Of a DNA stretch of 24,000 nucleotides, positions 16,904 to 24,000 are shown in pieces. The DNA is taken from NCBI GenBank assembly GCA_947630475.1, contig CANRHR010000007.1, forward strand, positions 95,826 through 119,825. The letters run 5' to 3'. Within the stretch, counting starts at the first letter, position 1, and each line of letters opens with the position of its first letter. The position numbers were made by a program, and so were the translations under genes. The stretch comes from an uncultured Clostridia bacterium. Its GTDB lineage: Bacteria > Bacillota > Clostridia > Lachnospirales > CAG-274. The notes under the pieces are model-generated. The model saw only the letters and a program-made list of their open reading frames with translations. It did not search any database and had not been told where the DNA came from.

Positions 16904-18304
16904 ATGTTTTTTGACAGCTACAGAGAAACGGAAAAAATAAATGCTTTTATTAATAACAACAGAACCTTTGAAGAAAGATTTTTTTTTGAAAAAGAAATCA
17001 GAAATTTTCTCGCCTGTGAAAAAAGAGCCTTAATGCTTAAGGGCGAACAGTATTATAACGGCTGCCATGATATCCTTAAAAGAAAAAGAACGGCTATAGG
17101 TGAAGGCGGCAAGCTTACAGAAATTACAAATTTGCCAAATAACAGAATTGTTGATAATCAATTTGCCAAATTGGTGGATCAAAAAGTTAATTATCTTTTG
17201 GCAAAGCCTATTACGTTTATAGCTGAAAACAAAAAGCTTTTGACAGAAATTAAAAGTATTTTGAACAGAAAATTTTTAAGAGTTTTGAAAGCTGTCGGTG
17301 AGGATTCTCTTAAAGGCGGCATAGGCTGGCTTTATATCTATATTAATGAAATAGGCAAGCTTGATTTTTGCAGATTTAAGCCGTTTGATATAATCCCATT
17401 TTGGAATGATGAAGATCACACAAAGCTTGACTGCGCCGTGAGATTATACAATAGGGAAAAATATGAAGCAAAAGAAAAGAAATTGATTAAGTTTGCAGAA
17501 ATATATAAAAGTGACGGAGTTGAAACCTATATTATACAAAATGACAAACTTATTAAAACGGGGAAAATGAAAAATTACTTTTATGACTCTAAAAATAACG
17601 GCTGGCGCTGGGGTAAAATCCCTCTTATAGCTTTTAAGCAAAACAGCAGTGAAATCCCTCTTATTAAAAGAGTTAAAGCTCTGCAGGATGCCTTGAACGA
17701 AATGAGATCTGATTTTATTAATAATTTGCAGGAGGATAAAAGAAATACTATCCTTGTTATAAAAAATTATGATGGAACGGATTTGGGTGAATTTAGAAAA
17801 AATTTGTCACAGTATGGAGCTGTTAAGGTGAGAACAATTGACGGCGCCGAAGGCGGAATAGAATCTTTAAGCATTGATGTTAACAGCAGCAATTATGTTG
17901 TTGTATGCGATATGCTTAAAAAAGCCATTATTGAAAACGGCAGAGGTTTTGACCCGAGAGATGAAAGATTTAATTCTAACCCAAATCAGATGAATATTAT
18001 AAGTATGTATTCTGATATTGACCTTGATGCAAACGGTATGGAAAATGAATTCCAAGCCTCTTTTGAAGAGGTCTTTTATTTTGTTAAAAATTATATCTCT
18101 TTTCTGGGAAAGGGCTGCTTTGAAAATGATGTTATACAAGTTATATTTAACAAAGATCAAATGATTAATGAAAGTGAAGCCATAGACAACTGCATTAAAA
18201 GCAGCTCTGTTTTATCCGAAGAAAGCGTTATCGCTCAGCACCCATGGGTGGAGGATGTTTATGAAGAGATTAAAAAAAAGGCAAACGGCGGCAGTATGAA
18301 TTAA
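16904..18304 (+). CDS. Portal protein (SPP1 gp6-like)
   Basis: 466 aa directly after terL, with SPP1/PBSX XkdE-type portal features by size, position and general sequence character. AAGGAGG SD. Confidence 0.88.
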   Translation: MFFDSYRETEKINAFINNNRTFEERFFFEKEIRNFLACEKRALMLKGEQYYNGCHDILKRKRTAIGEGGKLTEITNLPNNRIVDNQFAKLVDQKVNYLLAKPITFIAENKKLLTEIKSILNRKFLRVLKAVGEDSLKGGIGWLYIYINEIGKLDFCRFKPFDIIPFWNDEDHTKLDCAVRLYNREKYEAKEKKLIKFAEIYKSDGVETYIIQNDKLIKTGKMKNYFYDSKNNGWRWGKIPLIAFKQNSSEIPLIKRVKALQDALNEMRSDFINNLQEDKRNTILVIKNYDGTDLGEFRKNLSQYGAVKVRTIDGAEGGIESLSIDVNSSNYVVVCDMLKKAIIENGRGFDPRDERFNSNPNQMNIISMYSDIDLDANGMENEFQASFEEVFYFVKNYISFLGKGCFENDVIQVIFNKDQMINESEAIDNCIKSSSVLSEESVIAQHPWVEDVYEEIKKKANGGSMN

Positions 18305-18319
18305 AAACGGAGGTTGCTT

Positions 18320-18856
18320 ATGGAATGGTTTAAAAAAATTATTGAAATGGCTGCCGATAAAAACGGCAGCATTGAAATTGAAGTCTTAATAAAAGAATTT
18401 AACAGAGAATTTGGCAAAAATGCGGTTATAAAAAGCAGATATGACGAGCTTTTGGCTGAAAATGAAAAAATTAAGACCGAAATTAAAGAAAAAAACGATA
18501 TTCTGGCACAATATGAAAAAATTGATATCCAAGCTATGAAAGATGAAATTGAAGCCCTTAAACAAAAGCAAAAAGATATAATTAAAGATAACGCTATAGA
18601 TTTGGCTTTGATTAAGGCGGGAGCAAGAAACATCAAAGCCGCCAAAGCCCTGATTGAGCTTGACGGCGATTTTGATGAAAATTTGCTTAATGAGCAGATT
18701 AAAAACTTAGCTCAGGATGAAAACAGCTCTTTTTTGTTTTCCAAAAACAGTGATTTATCCGGATTTATGCCCGCCCAGGGAGAAAGCGAAAACGAAAAAA
18801 GCATTGATGAGATGAGCTACAGCGAAATGTGCAGATATTTGGAAAATAATATTTAA
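18320..18856 (+). CDS. Scaffolding protein (GP20-like)
   Basis: Highly charged coiled-coil protein (ELLAENEKIKTEIKEKNDILAQYEK...) between portal and capsid. GGAGG (18309-18313) favours ATG 18320 over TTG 18314. Confidence 0.75.
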   Translation: MEWFKKIIEMAADKNGSIEIEVLIKEFNREFGKNAVIKSRYDELLAENEKIKTEIKEKNDILAQYEKIDIQAMKDEIEALKQKQKDIIKDNAIDLALIKAGARNIKAAKALIELDGDFDENLLNEQIKNLAQDENSSFLFSKNSDLSGFMPAQGESENEKSIDEMSYSEMCRYLENNI

Positions 18857-18927
18857 ATGTTGTTTGGCTTTGTTTAAATTTAGAACAAGCCTTTTTTGTT
18901 ATTATTTTATTTAAGGAGAGATTATTT

Positions 18928-19977
18928 ATGAGCAATGCAAAATTTGACTCTAAAAGCTTTAATGCTGAGGCTTTTGGAAAATATATAGACAGGATTCCTT
19001 CAACCAAAAAAAATGAACTGCTAAAAAGCGGAGTGCTTAAAAACAGCATCAGTATTGCTGAAGCATTCAGCTCCCAATCAGGCGCTTATTATGCAAGACT
19101 GCCTATGTTTGAAAGGCTTAAAGGCACCGCATTTAACTATGACGGACAAACAGATATTTTATCGGAAAAAACGGGAAGCTTTGAAAGAGGCGTTATCGTG
19201 GTTGGCAGAGCAAATGCTTGGACAGAGCTTGATTTTTCTTATGACATAACATCCGATACGGATTTTATGGACAATATAGCAGAGCAAATAAGCGAATATT
19301 GGGCCGAGGTGGATCAAAACACTATACTTAAAACACTGGAAGGTGTATTTTCTATGAAAGGGGCAAATAATATCGAATTTATAAACAAGCATACATATGA
19401 TATCACAAAAAATGAAAAAAATACTGTTAATGCGGAAAGTCTTAACAATGCAATCCAAAATGCCTGCGGCGACAACAAAAATAAGTTTAGCGTGGCTATT
19501 ATGAATAGTGTTGTGGCTACAAATCTTGAAAATCTTCAGATATTAAATTATTTTAGCTATAACGATGCAAACGGCGTTCAAAGAGATATAAGCCTTGCGG
19601 CATGGAACGGAAGAACAGTATTTATAGATGACAGTATGCCTGCCGAATATGTAGAAGATGAAACAAGCCCTTATACCAAATACACTACTTATATATTGGG
19701 AGAAGGAGCTTTTGATTATGCGGATATAGGCGCAAAGACACCTTTTGAAATGAGCAGAGATCCGAAAACCAACGGCGGAGAAGATACCTTATACTCAAGA
19801 CAAAGAAAGGTTTTTGCTCCGTTTGGCATATCTTATGAAAAGCTAAATCAAGAAAGCTTAAGCCCTACAGACGATGAGCTTGCCGACGGAAGCAACTGGA
19901 GCCTCGTAAGCGACAATAACGGTAATTTTATAGATCATAAGGCTATACCTATAGCAAGAATTATTTCAAGGGGCTGA
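18928..19977 (+). CDS. Major capsid protein
   Basis: 349 aa following the scaffold, with strong SD AAGGAGAG. This is the XkdG-equivalent position. The HK97-like fold is inferred, not shown. Confidence 0.78.
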   Translation: MSNAKFDSKSFNAEAFGKYIDRIPSTKKNELLKSGVLKNSISIAEAFSSQSGAYYARLPMFERLKGTAFNYDGQTDILSEKTGSFERGVIVVGRANAWTELDFSYDITSDTDFMDNIAEQISEYWAEVDQNTILKTLEGVFSMKGANNIEFINKHTYDITKNEKNTVNAESLNNAIQNACGDNKNKFSVAIMNSVVATNLENLQILNYFSYNDANGVQRDISLAAWNGRTVFIDDSMPAEYVEDETSPYTKYTTYILGEGAFDYADIGAKTPFEMSRDPKTNGGEDTLYSRQRKVFAPFGISYEKLNQESLSPTDDELADGSNWSLVSDNNGNFIDHKAIPIARIISRG

Positions 19978-19982
19978 AAATT

Positions 19983-20381
19983 ATGCAAAGCGATGTTTTT
20001 AATCAGGTTAAAATTAAGCTTGACAGCCTTGGTTATAAGCTTAAGCAGGAAGATTTGCCTTTGTTGGAAAACCTTAACGGTTGCTGTGACGAATATATAA
20101 AAAGTTTTTGTTCGATTGAAAAAATACCCGATGAGCTGCTTTATGCAAGGGCGGATATGATATGCGGAGAATTTTTGCTAAACAAAAAAACCTGCGGACA
20201 ACTGGATATAGAAAGTCTTTGCTTTGATGATAATGTTAAAAGTATACAGGAAGGCGATGTTTCGGTTGTTTTTGGCGACAATGCTTCGGATGCTCAAAAA
20301 AGGGCTGAAGCTCTTATAGAGCATTTGATTTACAGGCTTGGAAAGGAGCTTTTAAATTACAGATGTGTAAAATGGAACTGA
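19983..20381 (+). CDS. Head-tail connector/adaptor protein (XkdH-equivalent position)
   Basis: 132 aa, tightly packed after the capsid gene. Assignment is by synteny only. Confidence 0.45.
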   Translation: MQSDVFNQVKIKLDSLGYKLKQEDLPLLENLNGCCDEYIKSFCSIEKIPDELLYARADMICGEFLLNKKTCGQLDIESLCFDDNVKSIQEGDVSVVFGDNASDAQKRAEALIEHLIYRLGKELLNYRCVKWN

Positions 20382-20737
20382 CAGACGCCGTTGAACGCCT
20401 TTATGACTGCCTTTGTGATGTTTATGTAAACAGTGAAGCGACTGATAATGACAGTATTATTATTAAGCATAAAAGGGTAAAAATGTATGAAGCGCTTAAA
20501 TGCAGAATCTCATATAAAAATGGATCAAGAAAGCTTCTTACGACAAAGCAGACAAAAATTGAAGGAAAAGTTTCTCAAAGCATTAAGCTTTTTGTTTCAC
20601 CCGAATATGATATTAAGCCGGGAAGCGAAATAATTGTTTTTAAGGATAATAAAAAGCTTAAATTTAAACACAGCGGAATATCATCGATTTATAAAAGTCA
20701 TCAGGAAATTATTTTGGAATATATTTCAGAGGCATAA
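20363..20737 (+). CDS. Head closure/adaptor protein (XkdI-equivalent position)
   Basis: 124 aa overlapping the previous gene. The start is ambiguous (ATG 20363 or 20372). Assignment is by synteny only. Confidence 0.4.
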   Translation: MCKMELTDAVERLYDCLCDVYVNSEATDNDSIIIKHKRVKMYEALKCRISYKNGSRKLLTTKQTKIEGKVSQSIKLFVSPEYDIKPGSEIIVFKDNKKLKFKHSGISSIYKSHQEIILEYISEA

Positions 20738-20785
20738 GCTCAGATTACATAAAGCAGGTTTGATTTTTTGTCTGCATGAAAGGAA

Positions 20786-21235
20786 GTGATTTATAATTTG
20801 GACTTTATTAGAAATCTGATTGCAGATATGATTTTTGATAAATTTGGGGCAGATTTTAAAATTTACAGCGAAATGATAGAACAGACTTTTGAAAGACCGT
20901 GCTTTTTTATAGGGCATGATAACGGGAAGGTAAAAAGACAGCTTGGCTCAGAAAGATTGTTTTATTTTAAATGCCATATATTTTTTTATCCGCAAAATGA
21001 CGGAAATGCCAACAAGGAAATGCTTAAAGCTGCTTTTAAGCTTTTTGACGGGTGTGAAAATATAACATCTTGCGGCAAAAGGCTTAAATATTTAGGGGGA
21101 GAATATGTAACGGAAGCGGACAGACTTATTTTTGACGCCAATTTTAAAGCCAAAATAAGTAAAAGCGAAGAGGCTGCTCTTATGGATAAGCTGTTTTTGG
21201 AAAACGAGCTTAAACAAAATAAAAAACTCTCATGA
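20786..21235 (+). CDS. Tail completion/terminator-like protein (XkdJ-equivalent position)
   Basis: 149 aa. The start is uncertain (GTG 20786 or TTG 20798 behind AAAGGAAG). Assignment is by synteny only. Confidence 0.4.
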   Translation: MIYNLDFIRNLIADMIFDKFGADFKIYSEMIEQTFERPCFFIGHDNGKVKRQLGSERLFYFKCHIFFYPQNDGNANKEMLKAAFKLFDGCENITSCGKRLKYLGGEYVTEADRLIFDANFKAKISKSEEAALMDKLFLENELKQNKKLS

Positions 21236-21256
21236 ATATAATTGGGAGTTTTTTTG
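21221..21256 (+). terminator. Terminator-like hairpin between the head and tail modules
   Basis: A 12-bp stem, AAAAAACTCTCA (21221-21232) with TGGGAGTTTTTT (21243-21254), including one G-T pair. The stop codon TGA lies in the 10-nt loop, and the T run extends to 21255. Confidence 0.5.
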
Positions 21257-21314
21257 TTGGCAGAAGCGAAAGCTTATTAAAATTTATAAAAAACAATAAA
21301 AGGAGAGTGCAATT

Positions 21315-21533
21315 GTGAGTAATGAAAAAACAAAAAGCAATATTGATTCTTTAAACAAGCCGACAGAAATTAAAAATGAAAAAAAGTTGACTGTATTCAG
21401 TAAAAATGCGTTTTTAAAATCCGGAAAATATAAAAAGGATATTATTAATGCCGTTTTGGAGGATTCTAAAAAATACACGGAAAGCGAAGCCATAAGTAAA
21501 ATTGACGAATATTTAAAAGGGAGAGTGATTTAA
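21315..21533 (+). CDS. Small Lys-rich phage protein preceding the sheath gene
   Basis: 72 aa with a GTG start behind AAAGGAGAG. The stop abuts the sheath ATG. PBSX-like elements carry a small ORF at this position. Confidence 0.45.
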   Translation: MSNEKTKSNIDSLNKPTEIKNEKKLTVFSKNAFLKSGKYKKDIINAVLEDSKKYTESEAISKIDEYLKGRVI

Positions 21534-21534
21534 T

Positions 21535-22839
21535 ATGGCAGCAGGAGGTACTTTTTTAACACATAATAAGGTTTTGCCGGGAGCTTATATTAACTTTATT
21601 TCAAAAGCCAGAGCTTTGGGAACAATGGGCGAAAGAGGCACCGCAGCTTTTGCATGGATAAGCGACTGGGGAGATAAAAGCAAAATTTTGACAATTGAAA
21701 GCGGTGATTTTGAAAAAAATTGCCTCGAAATTTTTGGCTGCAGCTATGACAGTGACAAGGTTAAAAACATAAGAGAAGTTTTTGTTGGCGCAAATACAAT
21801 TAAAATTTTAATGCTTGGCCCGGATAAAAAGGCAAGCGCCGTTAAAGATGAATTTACAATTGAAGCAAAATATGGCGGCAGCAGAGGAAACAGCATTGTT
21901 ATAACAAGCGAAGCGCTGGTAGACGGCGGATTTTTGGTAAGCACTATTGTAGATGGCATGGTCGCTGATGAACAGACGGTTTCTAAATTTGATGAGCTTA
22001 AAGAAAATGCATTCGTTGTGTTTAAGGGCAGCGGCGATATGTTTGAAACAGCAGCCCTTAAACTTGAGGGAGGCTCTGACAAAGATATTACGGGAAATGA
22101 ATATTCCGATTTTATAGAAAAAATTGAGGCGGAAGATTTTACTACTATTATATATGACGGCAGCAATGAAACAACCAAAGGATTATTTGCAAGCTTTACA
22201 AAAAGAATGAGAGATGAAGAGGGTTATAAAATTACTTGCGTTTTGCATGATTATACAAAGGCTGATTTTGAAGGCATTATAAGCGTTAAAAATACTGTTG
22301 AAGGCGATAACCCTAATTCCCTTGTGTATTGGGTAGGAGGAAGAAATGCCGGAGCCGAGGTTAATGAAAGCCTGACTAATTTTTTATATGACGGAGAATA
22401 CAATATTGAAGCTGAGTTTAAAAAGAGTGAGCTTAAAGGCCTTATTCAGCAGGGACAATTTGTTCTGTACAAAGAACGAGATGATGTAAGAGTATTGAAG
22501 GATATAAATTCTTTTGTGAGCTTTGAAAGTGAGAAAAACAGCGATTTTTCAAACAATCAGATAATAAGAGTGCTTGATTCTGTAGCTAATGATACGGCAA
22601 GAATTTTTAATACGTATTATCTTGGAAAAACTCAAAACCATGAGCTTGGAAGAAGTATTTTTAAAGCTGAGCTTGTTAAATACCACGAGGATCTTCAAGC
22701 AATAGGAGCTATAACAAACTTTGATGCAGATGATATAGAGGTATCAAAGGGAACGGAAAAGGGCGACGTTGTTGTTAAGGAATATATAGAACCGGTTGCA
22801 GCTATGGATAAATTATATATGAGCTGTATTGTTGAATAA
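21535..22839 (+). CDS. Contractile tail sheath protein (XkdK-like)
   Basis: N-terminus GTFLTHNKVLPGAYINF is typical of phage sheath proteins. 434 aa, followed by the tube gene. Confidence 0.88.
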   Translation: MAAGGTFLTHNKVLPGAYINFISKARALGTMGERGTAAFAWISDWGDKSKILTIESGDFEKNCLEIFGCSYDSDKVKNIREVFVGANTIKILMLGPDKKASAVKDEFTIEAKYGGSRGNSIVITSEALVDGGFLVSTIVDGMVADEQTVSKFDELKENAFVVFKGSGDMFETAALKLEGGSDKDITGNEYSDFIEKIEAEDFTTIIYDGSNETTKGLFASFTKRMRDEEGYKITCVLHDYTKADFEGIISVKNTVEGDNPNSLVYWVGGRNAGAEVNESLTNFLYDGEYNIEAEFKKSELKGLIQQGQFVLYKERDDVRVLKDINSFVSFESEKNSDFSNNQIIRVLDSVANDTARIFNTYYLGKTQNHELGRSIFKAELVKYHEDLQAIGAITNFDADDIEVSKGTEKGDVVVKEYIEPVAAMDKLYMSCIVE

Positions 22840-22856
22840 AAAGGAGGCTTTTATTT

Positions 22857-23321
22857 ATGGGAACTTTGAAGGCTTGGGATGCCATTAACGGAGCAGAGGG
22901 AATATGTTATGCCGTTATAGACGGAAATCAGGAAGAAATGATTTATGTTAAAAACATAGAGGCTAAGATAGAAAAAGTTAAATCTGAAATTAAGGTGCTT
23001 GGACAAACAGGCGCTAAACATAAAGCTAACGGCTGGAAAGGCAGCGGAACTATGAATATGTATTATGTGACATCAGCTTTTAGAAGAATGATGGTTGAGT
23101 ATATTAAAACAGGCAAAGATACATATTTTGATTTGTATATTATAAATGAAGACCCATCAAGCGAAATCGGCAAACAACAAATTTGGCTTAAGCAGGTAAA
23201 TATTGACAGCATTGTTATAGGTAAGCTTGATATAGATTCTACTGAGCTTGATGAAGATATTCATTTTACATTTAATGATGTTAAGATTATGCAGGAATTT
23301 GACAAGGTTGTGGGTGAGTAA
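22857..23321 (+). CDS. Tail tube protein (XkdM-like)
   Basis: 154 aa. GTLKAWDAINGAEG...VLGQTGAKHKANGWKGSGTMNMYYVTSAFRRMM resembles the XkdM tube family. Confidence 0.85.
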   Translation: MGTLKAWDAINGAEGICYAVIDGNQEEMIYVKNIEAKIEKVKSEIKVLGQTGAKHKANGWKGSGTMNMYYVTSAFRRMMVEYIKTGKDTYFDLYIINEDPSSEIGKQQIWLKQVNIDSIVIGKLDIDSTELDEDIHFTFNDVKIMQEFDKVVGE

Positions 23322-23331
23322 TTTTTAACAA

Positions 23332-23500
23332 AAAGCCCTGCATAAAAAGCGGGGCTTTGAGTGTCGAAAAACCCTACTTTGAAAAAGTAACTTAAAGCAT
23401 CGCAGACTTATAATCCACAGGCGGGATTCACTTGCGCCGAGGAAAACAGCGAATTTCAAGGGATTTTTAATCCCGATGGAATGAGCTGTTTATACATCTA
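23332..23500. repeat. Family-2 structured repeat, copy 2 (inside the tail operon)
   Basis: Hairpin AAAGCCCTGC/GCGGGGCTTT (23332-23358), arm GAGTGTCGAAAAA (23359-23371), and core 23388-23494, which is the reverse complement of 8431-8534. Confidence 0.7.
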
Positions 23501-23520
23501 AATATTTGGGAGGATATGAA

Positions 23521-23928
23521 ATGACTTTACAAGAATTTTTAAACAGAAATACGGTAGATGGAATTACAAAAGAAACAGTTATCGGAGATAGATTTAAAGA
23601 TGAAAATGGCGGCGAATTTAAATTTGTAATAAAAGGCTTGACCCAAAAGGAGTTTAATGAGCTTAGAAAAAGAGCTTCAAGCTTTGATAAAAACGGAAGA
23701 ATGATTTTAAATGAAGGCTTGTTAAGTACATTATGTATAATAGAAAATACCGTTACGCCTAATTTTAAAGATGCAAAAAGTATTCAAGAACTTGGCTGCT
23801 CAACTCCCGAACAGTATTTAAACAAGGTGCTGCTTGCAGGAGAAGCCGAAAATCTTGCAAGAGAAATTTTACAGTTAAGCGGTTTTGGAAAAAATATAAA
23901 TGAACTGGTGGATGAGGCAAAAAACTGA
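23521..23928 (+). CDS. Tail assembly chaperone (XkdN-like), 0-frame product
   Basis: Located after the tube gene. 135 aa from ATG 23521, with GGAGG at 23509-23513. It ends in a canonical slippery heptamer. Confidence 0.8.
   Translation: MTLQEFLNRNTVDGITKETVIGDRFKDENGGEFKFVIKGLTQKEFNELRKRASSFDKNGRMILNEGLLSTLCIIENTVTPNFKDAKSIQELGCSTPEQYLNKVLLAGEAENLAREILQLSGFGKNINELVDEAKN
23919..23925 (+). promoter_or_regulatory. -1 programmed ribosomal frameshift slippery site A_AAA_AAC
   Basis: The 0-frame codons are GCA AAA AAC TGA. The heptamer has the X_XXY_YYZ phasing and lies one codon before the stop. Confidence 0.6.
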
Positions 23929-24000
23929 TAAAAGAGGGGAAGGGAGATATTAATTACGCTTTCTTTGCCCTCTTTAAATTAAAAATAATGCCAAAAGATT
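23925..24000 (+). CDS. -1 frame extension of the tail chaperone (partial, runs off the window)
   Basis: After a -1 slip the frame CTG ATA AAA GAG GGG AAG GGA GAT ATT AAT TAC GCT ... stays open to base 24000. Confidence 0.45.
   Translation, partial: MIKEGKGDINYAFFALFKLKIMPKD

Larger units (their letters stand above)
14023..24000 (+). mobile_element. PBSX-like contractile-tail phage element, left part (continues past the window)
   Basis: Contiguous repressor, activator, terS, terL, portal, scaffold, capsid, adaptors, sheath, tube and chaperone genes in PBSX (xre...xpf-xtmAB-xkdE..N) order. The left border lies within 50 bp of the rplU promoter. Confidence 0.8.

Noticed and set aside
18301-18645. 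114-aa hydrophobic minus-strand ORF. Similar antisense ORFs occur at 9894-10238, 15881-16291, 21744-22178, 1115-1453 and 1924-2196.
   Set aside because: All are embedded antisense within well-supported genes rich in AAA/GAA codons, which read as TTT/TTC on the other strand. None has an SD or an independent signal.

Overview
AT-rich Firmicutes (Clostridia-like) chromosomal window with two parts. Bases 1 to ~13,970 are housekeeping DNA. The plus strand carries the 3' part of a stalk-domain envelope protein, a DAG-kinase-family lipid kinase, argS, a Zn-ribbon membrane protein bracketed by two perfect parS sites, soj/parA-spo0J/parB, DUF4446, a Cof-type HAD hydrolase, THF-riboswitch-controlled folT and T-box (UCC)-controlled serS. 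The minus strand carries yhbY-obg-rpmA-prp-rplU behind a perfect TTGACA-17-TATAAT promoter. From ~14,020 to the window end lies the left part of a PBSX-like contractile-tail phage element: Xre-type repressor, divergent switch, sigma-region-4-like activator, terS, terL, portal, scaffold, capsid, adaptors, sheath, tube, and a tail chaperone with an A_AAA_AAC -1 frameshift site. No integrase, replication or lysogeny genes lie between the repressor and the terminase. The least explained signals are non-genic. The first is a ~170-bp structured repeat in two copies (8361-8540 and 23332-23500). Its ~105-nt core is inverted between copies while the left arm keeps its orientation, and one stem shows compensatory changes. 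One copy sits inside the phage tail operon. The second is a 55-95-bp repeat family with four co-oriented copies around the parS/parAB locus; one copy supplies the last codons and stop of parB. No rRNA, tRNA or CRISPR array was recognised. All calls come from reading the sequence and ORF translations and recalling family motifs. No searches were run.
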